Origin: Thiomicrorhabdus sp.
GTDB taxonomy: Bacteria > Pseudomonadota > Gammaproteobacteria > Thiomicrospirales > Thiomicrospiraceae
Assembly: GCF_963677875.2 (NCBI RefSeq)
Contig: NZ_CAXXLT010000001.1
Location: 139,838-203,837 of the forward strand
Direction: 5' to 3'
Length of the DNA stretch: 64,000 nucleotides
Below, in pieces: positions 62,969 through 64,000 of this stretch. How positions within the stretch are numbered: the first letter of the stretch is position 1; each line of letters begins with the position of its first letter. The notes beneath the pieces were generated by a model. That model was not told the DNA's origin. It did not search any database and saw nothing but the letters and a program-made list of their open reading frames with translations. The translations under genes and the position numbers were made by a program.

Positions 62969-63722
62969 GTTTGGATTCTTCCAAAAAGTGAATCAGCGGA
63001 GAAAGCGTATGCTTGTCATCCTCAAGAGAACGTAACGCTTCGATTGAATCGCTCAGGCGCATCCCAGAACGATACAGGCTTCGGTAAGCGTTCTTGACCA
63101 GTCGAAGCTGGTCGGAATCAAAACCACGACGTTTCATGCCTTCGAGATTGATGCCGCGTGCCTGAGCCAAATTGCCGGAAACGACTACAAAATTCGGTAC
63201 ATCCTGATTTATCACACTACCCATTCCGCAGAAGCTATGCGCACCGATGCGGCAAAATTGATGAATCAGGCTGTAACCACCCAAGATAGCCCAGTCCTCG
63301 ACAATAACGTGTCCGGCCAAAGCTGCCGCATTGGCGAAAATGCAGTTATTTCCGACAATGCAGTCGTGAGCAATATGAACGCCCGCCATGATCCAGTTTC
63401 CATTACCGATGACGGTTTTTCCGATATCCTGAACGGTACCGCGGTTCACTGTGACATTTTCACGAAATGTATTACCGTCTCCGATAATCAGCAAAGTCGG
63501 CTCGTCACGATATTTTTTATCTTGCGGAGCCGCTCCGATGCAACCGAAAGGATAAAAGCGGTTATTTTTACCAATGACTGTCGGCCCCTGAATAACTACA
63601 TGGGAATCCAGTATGCACCCTTCTCCGAGAGTAACATCGCCTTCAATGACGCAATAAGGACCGATTTTGACCCCCTCGGCGACGTTTGCTTTAGGGTCAA
63701 TGATCGCTGTTGGATGAATCAA
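62952..63722 (-). CDS. lpxA: UDP-N-acetylglucosamine O-acyltransferase
   Basis: 256 aa. MIHPTAIIDP N-terminus and hexapeptide repeats. Confidence 0.96.
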   Translation of the reverse strand: MIHPTAIIDPKANVAEGVKIGPYCVIEGDVTLGEGCILDSHVVIQGPTVIGKNNRFYPFGCIGAAPQDKKYRDEPTLLIIGDGNTFRENVTVNRGTVQDIGKTVIGNGNWIMAGVHIAHDCIVGNNCIFANAAALAGHVIVEDWAILGGYSLIHQFCRIGAHSFCGMGSVINQDVPNFVVVSGNLAQARGINLEGMKRRGFDSDQLRLVKNAYRSLYRSGMRLSDSIEALRSLEDDKHTLSPLIHFLEESKRGIVR

Positions 63723-63725
63723 GAG

Positions 63726-64000
63726 TTACACCTTTCTTTCTGCACACAGAAGATCGGCCGAGGCAATAATTTTACCGTCGACTTTTGTCGTACACTCAAA
63801 CTTCCAGATACCGCGTTTATTTCCCATGGTCTTAACTTCAAAATCCAGACGATCACCCGGAACCGCAGGCTGACGAAAACGGCAGTTGTCAACGGCAGCC
63901 AGATAGTACATTGAAGTGCCATCCGGTTTGACGCCTTGACTGCGGAATGCCAGGATGCCGGTACACTGGGCCATCGCTTCGATAATCATCACACCGGGCA
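63726..64000 (-). CDS. fabZ: 3-hydroxyacyl-ACP dehydratase FabZ (C-terminal part; N-terminus beyond the window edge)
   Basis: It contains IIEAMAQ..GILA and the RFRQPVxPGD hot-dog fold motifs. The ORF runs off the right edge. Confidence 0.93.
   Translation of the reverse strand, partial: PGVMIIEAMAQCTGILAFRSQGVKPDGTSMYYLAAVDNCRFRQPAVPGDRLDFEVKTMGNKRGIWKFECTTKVDGKIIASADLLCAERKV

Overview
Chromosomal, almost entirely housekeeping segment of a gammaproteobacterium. Gene content and order (surE-pcm-nlpD, ftsB-eno-kdsA-pyrG, tilS-accA, zipA-ligA, fabZ-lpxA-lpxB-rnhB, trpH-yciO, cbbY) fit a sulfur-oxidising autotroph of the Thiomicrospira/Hydrogenovibrio type, but that assignment is only an inference. 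I call 64 protein genes. Two are broken by single-base homopolymer frameshifts, and one 41-aa gene (L36, rpmJ) is absent from the ORF track. I also call a 4-gene tRNA operon (Ala-Glu-Gly-Glu) plus promoters and Rho-independent terminators. I see no CRISPR array, transposase, integrase, phage block or recognisable defence or toxin gene, so I cannot point to a clear-cut novel multi-gene system. The best-supported observations are: (1) a canonical 28-bp dif (XerC/XerD) site at 3019-3046 in a 409-bp AT-rich gene-free gap, so the window spans the replication terminus; a small non-syntenic pocket of orphan genes lies between rpoN and dif. (2) A DinG/YoaA-type helicase split by an extra base in a C5/G5 run, and slyX split by an extra A in an A7 run. 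(3) A LexA-type S24 self-cleaving domain with an intact Ala-Gly site and Ser/Lys dyad but no DNA-binding domain. (4) An uncharacterised 338-aa gene sitting between hom and thrC. (5) Zinc-free versions of two normally zinc-binding proteins, DksA (1 of 4 Cys kept) and L36 (YkgO type). (6) XseA with an extra N-terminal DUF5710-like module in a tightly coupled dusA-xseA-xseB-arsC string. (7) A divergent pair of TehA/SLAC1-family paralogues with a perfect palindrome in the shared control region. All family assignments rest on motif recognition by eye; no database search was run.
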